A stretch of 64,000 nt of DNA from Patescibacteria group bacterium (lineage in GTDB: Bacteria > Patescibacteriota > Patescibacteriia > UBA1558 > GWA2-36-10): positions 18,173 through 82,172 of the forward strand of contig JBAZSG010000004.1 in assembly GCA_041662585.1 (NCBI GenBank), given 5' to 3'. A program made the translations under genes and the position numbers. Within the stretch, counting starts at the first letter, position 1. Each line of letters begins with the position of its first letter. The notes beneath the pieces are model-generated. The model was not told the origin of the DNA. It was given only the letters and a program-made list of their open reading frames with translations, and did not search any database. Positions 56,552-64,000 of the stretch are shown in pieces.

Positions 56552-57592
56552 ATGTCTAATCAATCTATTTCAATTACCACAGAAACAATCTTAAGAATAA
56601 TAACTATATTATTATTCTTGGGTTTTATGTTTTTGATAAAAGATGTTTTGGCTCTGCTATTTGTAGCAGTGATATTAGCAGCTGCTTTTGATCCTTTGGT
56701 TGATTGGCTACATAGATTTAAGATGCCAAGAGCTATTAGTATCATTGGAGTTTATATTATAAGTTTATCTTTGGTAGCTTGGTCTATATATCTTTTATCT
56801 GGGCCTTTGGCTACACAAATTGTAGATATGTCTAGAGCTTTTCCAGATTTTTATAACAAAATTAATCAAAACTTAGGAGGTACCATAGATCTTAATCATT
56901 TGTTTAATAAAGAGGCTATTAGTGCTAGTTTTACTGATATTACCAAAAGTCTAGGGCAAGCTACTACTGGAATATTTAATATTTTGTCTTCTATTTTTGG
57001 TGGTATGATTAGTTTTTTTATGGTTTTGGTTATTACTTTTTATCTGACCGTAGAAGAAGATGGCGTTAAGCGTTTTATTTCTTCTATCACCCCAATTAGG
57101 CATCGTCCTTATATTTCAAAATTGATTGTTGATATGCAACATCGTATGGGCTATTGGCTTCGAGGACAATTGTTGTTGTCACTAGTCATTTTTATCATGG
57201 TTTATCTTGGTTTGATGTTTTTGGGAATAAAGTATGCCTTGTTATTGGCATTGATAGCAGGCTTATTTGAAATTGTGCCATTTATTGGTCCTTGGATTGC
57301 AGCTATCCCTGGTGTATTTTTTGCCTTAGCCTACAGCCCTAGTAAAGCTTTTTGGGTAGCTATTATGTATCTGGTAATTCAACAACTAGAAAACAATTTG
57401 ATAGTGCCAAAAATCATGGGTAAAACTACCGGTCTCAATCCACTAGTAGTGCTTGTTGCTATCATGGTTGGTGCTCGATTGGGTGGTGTAGTAGGAGCAT
57501 TACTGGCTGTGCCAGTAGCTTTGGCAATCGCTGTTTATGTCGAAAGTTTGATAGGCGATAAAAAAAAGAACGATAATAAATTATCTAAATAA
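56552..57592 (+). CDS. AI-2E family (PerM/UPF0118) transporter
   Basis: Polytopic; LVIQQLENNLIVPKIMG block. Confidence 0.8.
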   Translation: MSNQSISITTETILRIITILLFLGFMFLIKDVLALLFVAVILAAAFDPLVDWLHRFKMPRAISIIGVYIISLSLVAWSIYLLSGPLATQIVDMSRAFPDFYNKINQNLGGTIDLNHLFNKEAISASFTDITKSLGQATTGIFNILSSIFGGMISFFMVLVITFYLTVEEDGVKRFISSITPIRHRPYISKLIVDMQHRMGYWLRGQLLLSLVIFIMVYLGLMFLGIKYALLLALIAGLFEIVPFIGPWIAAIPGVFFALAYSPSKAFWVAIMYLVIQQLENNLIVPKIMGKTTGLNPLVVLVAIMVGARLGGVVGALLAVPVALAIAVYVESLIGDKKKNDNKLSK

Positions 57593-58258
57593 ATGTTATA
57601 TATTGTTGCTACTCCAATTGGAAACTTAGAAGACATCACATTGCGTGCTTTAGAAGTTTTAAAGAACGTAGATATTGTATTGGCCGAAGATACTCGGGTC
57701 AGCAAAAAACTTTTTAGTCATTATAAAATAAACACTCAGCTTATATCTTGGCATCAGCATAGTAGTGATAAAGATTTTGATAAGTTGGCCAAGTATTTTG
57801 CTAGCAATAAAAATGTCGCTTTGATTACTGATGCTGGCAGTCCAGGTATTTCCGATCCAGGTGGCAAGCTTATAGAATTGGTATTGACCAATTTTCCTGA
57901 TATAGAGATTGTAGCTGTGCCTGGTGCTTCAGCTTTGACGGCTATGATATCTATCGCTGGTATAGCGATGGACAAATTTTTATTTTTGGGATTTTTGCCA
58001 CACAAAAAAGGTAGACAGACCTTGATGACAGAGATAAAAGCCAGTAAAAGACCAGTAATATTTTTTGAATCAGTTCATCGTGTACTAAAAACTCTGGATC
58101 AACTAGCTGATTGTAATAAACAATTAATAATCGGTAGAGAATTAACCAAAAAGTTTGAAACTGTCTATCGTGGTACTGCTAAAGAGATTTTAGCAAAATT
58201 AAATAATGATAAAAACCAACAAAAAGGTGAATTTGTAATAATCGTAAACAATGTCTAG
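57593..58258 (+). CDS. rsmI: 16S rRNA 2'-O-ribose C1402 methyltransferase RsmI (tetrapyrrole-methylase fold)
   Basis: LYIVATPIGNLEDITLRALEVLKNVDIVLAEDTR. Confidence 0.85.
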   Translation: MLYIVATPIGNLEDITLRALEVLKNVDIVLAEDTRVSKKLFSHYKINTQLISWHQHSSDKDFDKLAKYFASNKNVALITDAGSPGISDPGGKLIELVLTNFPDIEIVAVPGASALTAMISIAGIAMDKFLFLGFLPHKKGRQTLMTEIKASKRPVIFFESVHRVLKTLDQLADCNKQLIIGRELTKKFETVYRGTAKEILAKLNNDKNQQKGEFVIIVNNV

Positions 58259-58311
58259 AGAGAATGATACAGAAGGGCTTTGATAAATATAATAATTTAA
58301 AATAAATATTT

Positions 58312-58578
58312 ATGTCACTTACGAAACAATTGGGCACTATTAGTATTTTGATGAAAGATAGACATAGTTATGCAGTTGAGGTTCAAGAAATATTGACTGA
58401 ACATGGAAATTTGATTATGGCTAGAATGGGAGTCAATCCTGCCAGAACATGTGTAAAAAATTGCACAGGCATCATTACCATAATAGTTGAGGGTACAACC
58501 AAAGAAATAAATGATTTGACCAAAAAACTTGATAAGGTGTATGGTGTGGTAGCTAAGAGTGTAATTATTACCAAATAA
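58312..58578 (+). CDS. Small hypothetical protein
   Basis: 88-aa ORF in the operon; no motif recognised. Confidence 0.4.
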   Translation: MSLTKQLGTISILMKDRHSYAVEVQEILTEHGNLIMARMGVNPARTCVKNCTGIITIIVEGTTKEINDLTKKLDKVYGVVAKSVIITK

Positions 58579-59033
58579 TGAATTTTGCTATAAGACAACT
58601 AAAAACCGAAGATTTACAAGATGGCAGTGGCTTTTTAGAAACATTATCTCATCTTAGTGATATCAGTAACTTAGCTATTAAAGCAAGACAAGAAATTTTT
58701 GAACGAGCTAGTGGCAATGGAATTTATTTTTTAGTGGCTGTATCAGAAGAAGAGGAAAACAAGGGACAGATTGTTTCAACAGTCAAGCTGATAGTAGAAC
58801 CAAAGTTTTTTCATGGAGGTCTTTCAGCTGGACATATAGAAGATGTGGTTACTCGCCAAGGATTTGAAGGGCAAGGCTTATCCAAAGCTTTACTTACAGA
58901 GGCTATTAAGATTGCCAGAGACAGTGGTTGTTACAAAGTTATTTTAGATTGTAAAAAAGAATTTATTCCTTTTTATAGCAAATTAGGATTAACAGAGCAT
59001 GATATTTGTATGAGATTAGATTTGATTGATTAA
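58578..59033 (+). CDS. GNAT-family N-acetyltransferase
   Basis: Motif A RQGFEGQGLSKALL. Confidence 0.7.
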   Translation: MNFAIRQLKTEDLQDGSGFLETLSHLSDISNLAIKARQEIFERASGNGIYFLVAVSEEEENKGQIVSTVKLIVEPKFFHGGLSAGHIEDVVTRQGFEGQGLSKALLTEAIKIARDSGCYKVILDCKKEFIPFYSKLGLTEHDICMRLDLID

Positions 59034-59042
59034 TTAAAAATA

Positions 59043-60473
59043 ATGAAAAAGTTTTATATCACCACACCTATATATTATGTCAATGACAAGCCACACATTG
59101 GCCATGCTTATACTACCATAGTAGCTGATGTTTTGGCTCGTTTTTGGCGTCAACAAATTGGAGATAAAAATGTATTTTTTTTGACTGGTACTGATGAGCA
59201 TGGTGCCAAAATTGCCGAAGCTGCTCAAAAAGAAGGTCTAGAACCACAGGCCTTTACAGATAAAGTATCACAAAAATTTAAAGATGCTTGGTCAGCTATG
59301 GAAATTGATTATGATCAATTTATTCGTACTACTGATAAAGAACATGTAAAGATTGTTGGCGATATTTTAAATACTTTAAAAGATAAAGGAGTACTCTATC
59401 AAGGAGATTATCAGGGGCTGTATTGTGTGGGTTGTGAAAAATTTATTTTAGAAAGTGAACTAGTAGACGGTAAGTGTCCAGACCATAATAGAGTGCCAGA
59501 TAAGCTAAAAGAAAAAAATTGGTTTTTCAAATTGTCGGATTTTTTACCAAAGATAAAAACTGCCATTGAGTCAGGCGAGTTGTATATCTATCCAGAGTCT
59601 AGAAAAAAAGAAGTGCTAGGTTTAATAGACAAACAACATGTACCAGATTTTTCTATTTCACGATCCAAAAAAGCTGTGCCATGGGGTATAGATTTACCAT
59701 GGGATAGTGATCAAAAAACATATGTGTGGATAGACGCTTTGAGCAATTATATTACAGCTCTTAACTATCCGCAGGGAAAATATTTTAAAAAGTTTTGGCC
59801 AGCTGATGCTCAGTTTTTGGCTTTAGATATATTGAAGTTTCATGCTCTTTATTGGCCAGCCATACTCATGGCTCTTGGTTTGCCTTTACCCAAATTGTAT
59901 ATTCATGGTTTTTTTACTATCAATGGTAAGAAGATGAGTAAAACTTTGGGCAATGTCATCAGTCCCAATGAATTGGCAGACAAGTATGGTGCGGAAGTAA
60001 GTAAATATTTGATATTATCTCAATTTTCTTTTGGACAAGAATCAGATATTAAGGTAGATGATTTTTCAGTAAAATATAATGCTGATTTGGTAAATGGCTT
60101 GGGTAATTTGGTAAATCGTGTTACCAATATGGTAGAACAATATATGGCTGGTAAAATAAATATTGAGTTTAAAGATATGTCTTTGGGCAAGGAAGAATTA
60201 AAACAACTTCATTTCAGAGAAGCTTTGCTTACTATTTGGCAAGTCATAGCCAAAGATAATACTTTGATAGATCAATCCAGGCCTTGGGAACTAGCCAAAG
60301 CTGATACCAATAAAGATAAATTAGAAAAAATACTTCAAGAGCTTAGTTTGGATTTGTATAATATTGCTTTAGCTCTTAAGCCTTTTATGCCAAAAAAGTC
60401 TAAAGAGATATTGGATATAATCACTGCCAAAAAAGTTCAAAAGCCAGCTAAGCCATTATTTCCTAGAATATAA
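59043..60473 (+). CDS. metG: Methionyl-tRNA synthetase (short form, no C-terminal tRNA-binding domain)
   Basis: HIGH (KPHIGHAYT), KMSKS (KMSKTLGN), zinc knuckle CVGCEKF...CPDHN. Confidence 0.9.
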   Translation: MKKFYITTPIYYVNDKPHIGHAYTTIVADVLARFWRQQIGDKNVFFLTGTDEHGAKIAEAAQKEGLEPQAFTDKVSQKFKDAWSAMEIDYDQFIRTTDKEHVKIVGDILNTLKDKGVLYQGDYQGLYCVGCEKFILESELVDGKCPDHNRVPDKLKEKNWFFKLSDFLPKIKTAIESGELYIYPESRKKEVLGLIDKQHVPDFSISRSKKAVPWGIDLPWDSDQKTYVWIDALSNYITALNYPQGKYFKKFWPADAQFLALDILKFHALYWPAILMALGLPLPKLYIHGFFTINGKKMSKTLGNVISPNELADKYGAEVSKYLILSQFSFGQESDIKVDDFSVKYNADLVNGLGNLVNRVTNMVEQYMAGKINIEFKDMSLGKEELKQLHFREALLTIWQVIAKDNTLIDQSRPWELAKADTNKDKLEKILQELSLDLYNIALALKPFMPKKSKEILDIITAKKVQKPAKPLFPRI

Positions 60474-60514
60474 ATATTGGTGTATTATATATATAAATTA
60501 ATATAAAAATAATT

Positions 60515-61033
60515 ATGAATTGGTTTGATATTTTCTTAATAGTCATTTTATTCATTTTCACTTGGAAAGGATTTAGAGCTGGCTTGGTGGGAGCTATTGG
60601 AGGGTTTTTTGGAACTATTTTTGGGATTTGGGCAGGCGCTCATTATATGCAACAAGCTGGCGCTTGGATAATGGAGCTTATCAATTTTAGCAATGAGTAT
60701 TTAGCAATTATCCTTGGATTTTTAGCGATATTTTTGGCTATCAATATTGTAGTCAGCATTATTGTTTCTATTATCAATAAAGTTTTTCATATTATTCCTT
60801 TTATCAATTTAATAAACAAACTTTTAGGAGCTGTTGTCGGTATTGTGACTGGAGCTTTGGCTGTTTCAGCGATAGTCTATATTATGTCACTATTACCAAT
60901 TAGTGAGGCTATATCAGGCAATATATTGCATTCACAGATAGCTGATACGGCTCTAAAAATTGCCTTTATAGTCAAACCATTTATACCAGAGGCTATTAAA
61001 GGTTTAAAATCAATTTTTGAAAATGTTAATTGA
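60515..61033 (+). CDS. cvpA: CvpA-family membrane protein
   Basis: MNWFDIFLIVILFIFTWKGFRAGLVGAIGG. Confidence 0.65.
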   Translation: MNWFDIFLIVILFIFTWKGFRAGLVGAIGGFFGTIFGIWAGAHYMQQAGAWIMELINFSNEYLAIILGFLAIFLAINIVVSIIVSIINKVFHIIPFINLINKLLGAVVGIVTGALAVSAIVYIMSLLPISEAISGNILHSQIADTALKIAFIVKPFIPEAIKGLKSIFENVN

Positions 61034-61835
61034 TAGTCATGCCCATCTAAACTTTGAAGCATACAAAGATGACCTGTCAGCAGTGATAGGTCGCTCTTGT
61101 CAAGCCAATATGCGCGTCATAAATATCGGCGCAGCTTATGATACTAGTCTCAAAGCTGTCAATTTGGCTTTGGCTGAGCCTAGTTTTTTTAGCGCCATTG
61201 GTCTTCATCCTGTGCATGTCTATGACGAAGAGTTTAATGTTGAGCATTTTCAAGACTTGATACATAGTGCCAAGGGCAGAGTAGTAGCTATGGGAGAAAC
61301 TGGTTTTGATTATTTTCATCTTTGGCAATCTTTAGAAAAAGGTGCCAAAGATATTGCCGAAATAAAAGCCAAACAAGAAACAGTTTTTCGTAACCATATC
61401 AAATTGGCTAAAGAAAATAAGCTAGCTTTAGTAGTCCATGGCAGAAATGGTAAGGAAGATAAAACTGCTTATCAAGATATTTATCGAGTCCTCAAAGATG
61501 AAGGATTTACCAGAGGCGTGATACATTGTTATGGAGGAAATTTAGAAGAAGCCAAAGCTTTTGTTGCTTTGGGGCTATATATAGGTTTTACAGGAATAGT
61601 GACTTTTGATAAAACAGGAGTATTGGAAGAAATTGTTAAGTGGATACCAGAAGATAAAATGTTGATAGAAACCGATGCACCGTATTTGTCACCAGTGCCA
61701 AATAGAGGCAAGCGCAATGAGCCAATATATGTAAAGCATGTGGCAGAAAAAATTGCCGAAATAAAAAACAAAAGTGTAGAGGAAATAATAGAGATTACTG
61801 GCAACAATGCTATTAAGTTATTTGGATTAAAATAA
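61017..61835 (+). CDS. tatD: TatD-family metal-dependent hydrolase/DNase
   Basis: IDSHAHLNF start, HCYGG, ETDAPYL. Confidence 0.85.
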   Translation: MKMLIDSHAHLNFEAYKDDLSAVIGRSCQANMRVINIGAAYDTSLKAVNLALAEPSFFSAIGLHPVHVYDEEFNVEHFQDLIHSAKGRVVAMGETGFDYFHLWQSLEKGAKDIAEIKAKQETVFRNHIKLAKENKLALVVHGRNGKEDKTAYQDIYRVLKDEGFTRGVIHCYGGNLEEAKAFVALGLYIGFTGIVTFDKTGVLEEIVKWIPEDKMLIETDAPYLSPVPNRGKRNEPIYVKHVAEKIAEIKNKSVEEIIEITGNNAIKLFGLK

Positions 61836-61943
61836 ATATTTATAGACATAATAATATTATATTGCTCGTGTTATGAATTATCTGCTCCGTTGCTAAAGCA
61901 AAGTCGCATCTAAATCATAACTCTCGCAATAATAAATAAAAAA

Positions 61944-62270
61944 ATGTTAGATGATGATAAAGATTTTAAATTTTCTAAATTAACTCCAGAAAATATTGTT
62001 ATAAATTATATTTTTAATATGGAGCAGGGAGATTTTGGAATACTGGACGAAGTAAAATCTGCTATTCATCAGCAAGTAGCTCTGGAACTTATCAAAGCTG
62101 GACAAGCTAAATTATTGGCAGATAATCTAGAGAAGTTTAAAGACATTGATAAACAGCAAATAGTAGAGTCAATTATTGAATCAGGAGACAATTTTTTGGC
62201 TAGTCAGATAGCTGGTCAAACTACAGATATAGAGCTTGATGATTTGGGAGATATAATAGATAAAATATAA
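61944..62270 (+). CDS. Hypothetical acidic protein
   Basis: 108 aa ORF. Confidence 0.35.
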   Translation: MLDDDKDFKFSKLTPENIVINYIFNMEQGDFGILDEVKSAIHQQVALELIKAGQAKLLADNLEKFKDIDKQQIVESIIESGDNFLASQIAGQTTDIELDDLGDIIDKI

Positions 62271-62279
62271 TATAAATAT

Positions 62280-63332
62280 ATGGAAACATTTTCATTATTA
62301 ATTTCAATTTTAGTCTTAGCACTCATGGCAGTAGTGATTTTTTTGCTTTTTAGGAATAACAAGCCTCAGGAAGTAAAAGAAGATAAGGCTATGTTGATGT
62401 TGCAACAGCAATTAAATGATTTGACTAAACAGTTAGGAGAAAAAATTGACAATACTACTAGACATTCTTCCAAGATGCTCCAAGATCAGTTTATGGAAAC
62501 AAGTCGTATTTCCAAAGATGTCACTGAAAAACTTTTAAAATTGGAAGAAACAAATAAACAAGTAGTTAGTTTTACTGATCAGTTACAAAATTTGGAAAAA
62601 GTTTTGACCAATGCCAAGACCAGAGGCAATCTTGGTGAAGCAAGTTTGGAAATGATATTAGCAAATATATTACCTCCTCAATCATATGAGATGCAGTATC
62701 ATTTTAAAAATGGTGAAGCAGTTGATGCTGTTGTTAAGATTAAAGATAAAGTATTACCAGTTGATGCTAAGTTTTCTTTGGAAAACTATCGTCGTATTAT
62801 TGATGAACAAGACAAAAGCAAAAAAGAGACGCTAGAAAAAGAATTCAAAAATGATTTGAAAAAAAGAATTGATGAAACTTCTAAATATATTCGTCCTAGT
62901 GAAGATACGCTTGATTTTGCTTTTATGTTTATCCCAGCGGAGGGAATATATTATGACTTACTCATTAATGAAGTAGGGGCAGTCAAAGTAAATACGCGAT
63001 CTTTAATTGATTATGCTTTTAATGAAAAGAAAGTTATTATAGTTTCTCCTACTACTTTTGCCGCTTATTTGCAGACAGTATTGCAAGGTCTCAAAGCTTT
63101 ACAAATAGAAGAATCAGCCAAAGAAATTCGTAAAAATGTTGAGATGTTACAAAAGCATCTATTGGCTTATGGTGAGTATCACAAAAAACTTGGTAACCAG
63201 CTCTCTACTGTAGCTAATACTTATAATATTTCTAATAAAGAATTCAATAAAATTGATAAGGATGTGTTGAAAATTAGTGGTAAATCAGGGGAGTTTGAGC
63301 TAGAAGATGTTGAAAAACCCAGGTTAGAGTAA
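62280..63332 (+). CDS. rmuC: DNA recombination protein RmuC
   Basis: N-terminal TM plus coiled coil; C-terminal RmuC nuclease-like region (GNLGEASLEMILANILP...FMFIPAEGIYYDL). Confidence 0.75.
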   Translation: METFSLLISILVLALMAVVIFLLFRNNKPQEVKEDKAMLMLQQQLNDLTKQLGEKIDNTTRHSSKMLQDQFMETSRISKDVTEKLLKLEETNKQVVSFTDQLQNLEKVLTNAKTRGNLGEASLEMILANILPPQSYEMQYHFKNGEAVDAVVKIKDKVLPVDAKFSLENYRRIIDEQDKSKKETLEKEFKNDLKKRIDETSKYIRPSEDTLDFAFMFIPAEGIYYDLLINEVGAVKVNTRSLIDYAFNEKKVIIVSPTTFAAYLQTVLQGLKALQIEESAKEIRKNVEMLQKHLLAYGEYHKKLGNQLSTVANTYNISNKEFNKIDKDVLKISGKSGEFELEDVEKPRLE

Positions 63333-63354
63333 GGGCGAAAAAACTATTGACTTT

Positions 63355-63702
63355 TTGGCGGTTTACATATATAATGTAGCCGCTTTTGTTTATTATAAAT
63401 TTATGCCATCGGTTGAAAAAGATAACAAAAACAAGGACAAAAATGATCTAATGAGACTAGCTATGACGATGTTTGTTGAGGCTAGTGGTTGGATTGCTTT
63501 TCCAGTTATAGGTGCTTTATTTTTGGGCAGATGGTTAGACGATAAGCAGGGTACAGAACCATTGTATTTTATCAGTATTACAGCCTTAGCTTTTATTGTT
63601 TCTTCGGTCGGAATTGGTAAAACGGGAGTAAAATACATGAAAAAAATTGAACAAGAAGATGCTTTAAAGAAACAAGACAAAAATGAGTCAAGAGACAAGT
63701 AA
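63355..63702 (+). CDS. AtpI/AtpZ-like small membrane protein preceding the atp operon
   Basis: Two TM helices, 115 aa, immediately upstream of atpB. Confidence 0.45.
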   Translation: MAVYIYNVAAFVYYKFMPSVEKDNKNKDKNDLMRLAMTMFVEASGWIAFPVIGALFLGRWLDDKQGTEPLYFISITALAFIVSSVGIGKTGVKYMKKIEQEDALKKQDKNESRDK

Positions 63703-64000
63703 TAATCAAGAAGTTTTAGATAATATAAACAACTCTTTAGAAGAAGAAGTTGAGGTTACTGGCGAACACGAAGAACACGAGCATACTCTTTTTGCCGAAA
63801 ATTTATTTAGTATAGGTAATTTTAATATTACCAATTCTCTGCTTACATCTTGGGTAGCAGTTTTTTTGATTATTATTTTAGCTATTGTCATTAGAATAAA
63901 AAATTCTAAAATACCATCAAGGTTTCAAAGTTTCATAGAGACAGTTATTGAAGGTGCTTATAATATGATGGATATGGTGACCGATAATCGATCTAAAAGT
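63683..64000 (+). CDS. atpB: ATP synthase F0 subunit a (AtpB), N-terminal fragment running off the window
   Basis: MSQETSNN...LFAENLFSIGNFNITNSLLTSWVAVFLIIILA, typical subunit-a N-terminus; no stop before the window end. Confidence 0.6.
   Translation, partial: MSQETSNNQEVLDNINNSLEEEVEVTGEHEEHEHTLFAENLFSIGNFNITNSLLTSWVAVFLIIILAIVIRIKNSKIPSRFQSFIETVIEGAYNMMDMVTDNRSKS

Overview
The window is AT-rich (roughly 30-33% GC by eye), on both strands, with tightly packed and often overlapping genes and weak Shine-Dalgarno signals. This is consistent with a reduced-genome, Patescibacteria/CPR-like bacterium, but that placement is inference from composition and gene content only.

The right two thirds (about 28-64 kb) are mostly housekeeping genes: ileS-recO-hypothetical-tgt, a ClpA/C-like ATPase, glyQS, an M16 peptidase, an AI-2E permease, rsmI, metG, cvpA, tatD, rmuC and the start of atpB; also parAB, a short rel/spoT, topA, folC-yhhQ-dprA, xth, an FTR1 iron permease and an M23 peptidase. 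A minus-strand cluster of six tRNAs sits at 27.4-28.0 kb.

The left third (about 3.7-19 kb) looks accessory and mosaic. It holds, in order:
- an orphan 504-aa protein;
- tRNA-Leu(TAA), followed by an RNase HI-domain protein with a novel C-terminus;
- a DpnII/MboI-like restriction-modification pair (beta-class DPPY methyltransferase plus DpnII-family endonuclease);
- an AIPR-type abortive-infection protein;
- an HD-like gene bracketed by 57-bp terminator-containing direct repeats;
- two ~96%-identical tspO paralogs, each with a copy of the same terminator hairpin, bracketing a Fic-family gene (degenerate catalytic motif, 77-bp tandem repeats upstream), a proline-iminopeptidase pseudogene and an 1138-aa secreted subtilisin/FG-GAP protein;
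- a ~64% GC ridA gene, apparently foreign, that matches its ORF boundaries almost exactly;
- a two-gene module: a MerR-type HTH fused to a GHKL (RsbW-like) ATPase/kinase domain, followed by a STAS-like antagonist, preceded by four direct repeats of an ATGTACAAT motif.

This DNA-binding partner-switching-like pair, and the tRNA-Leu-proximal RNase H/RM/AIPR island, are the most likely candidates for an undescribed or poorly characterised system.

Other oddities include a second GC-atypical gene (29.9-30.4 kb) behind a perfect 8-bp inverted repeat, a TGT lacking its zinc-binding cysteines, a membrane-anchored Clp ATPase with degenerate D1 Walker motifs, and a type IV pilin-like protein.

All functional calls come from motifs read directly in the translations; no database search was possible.
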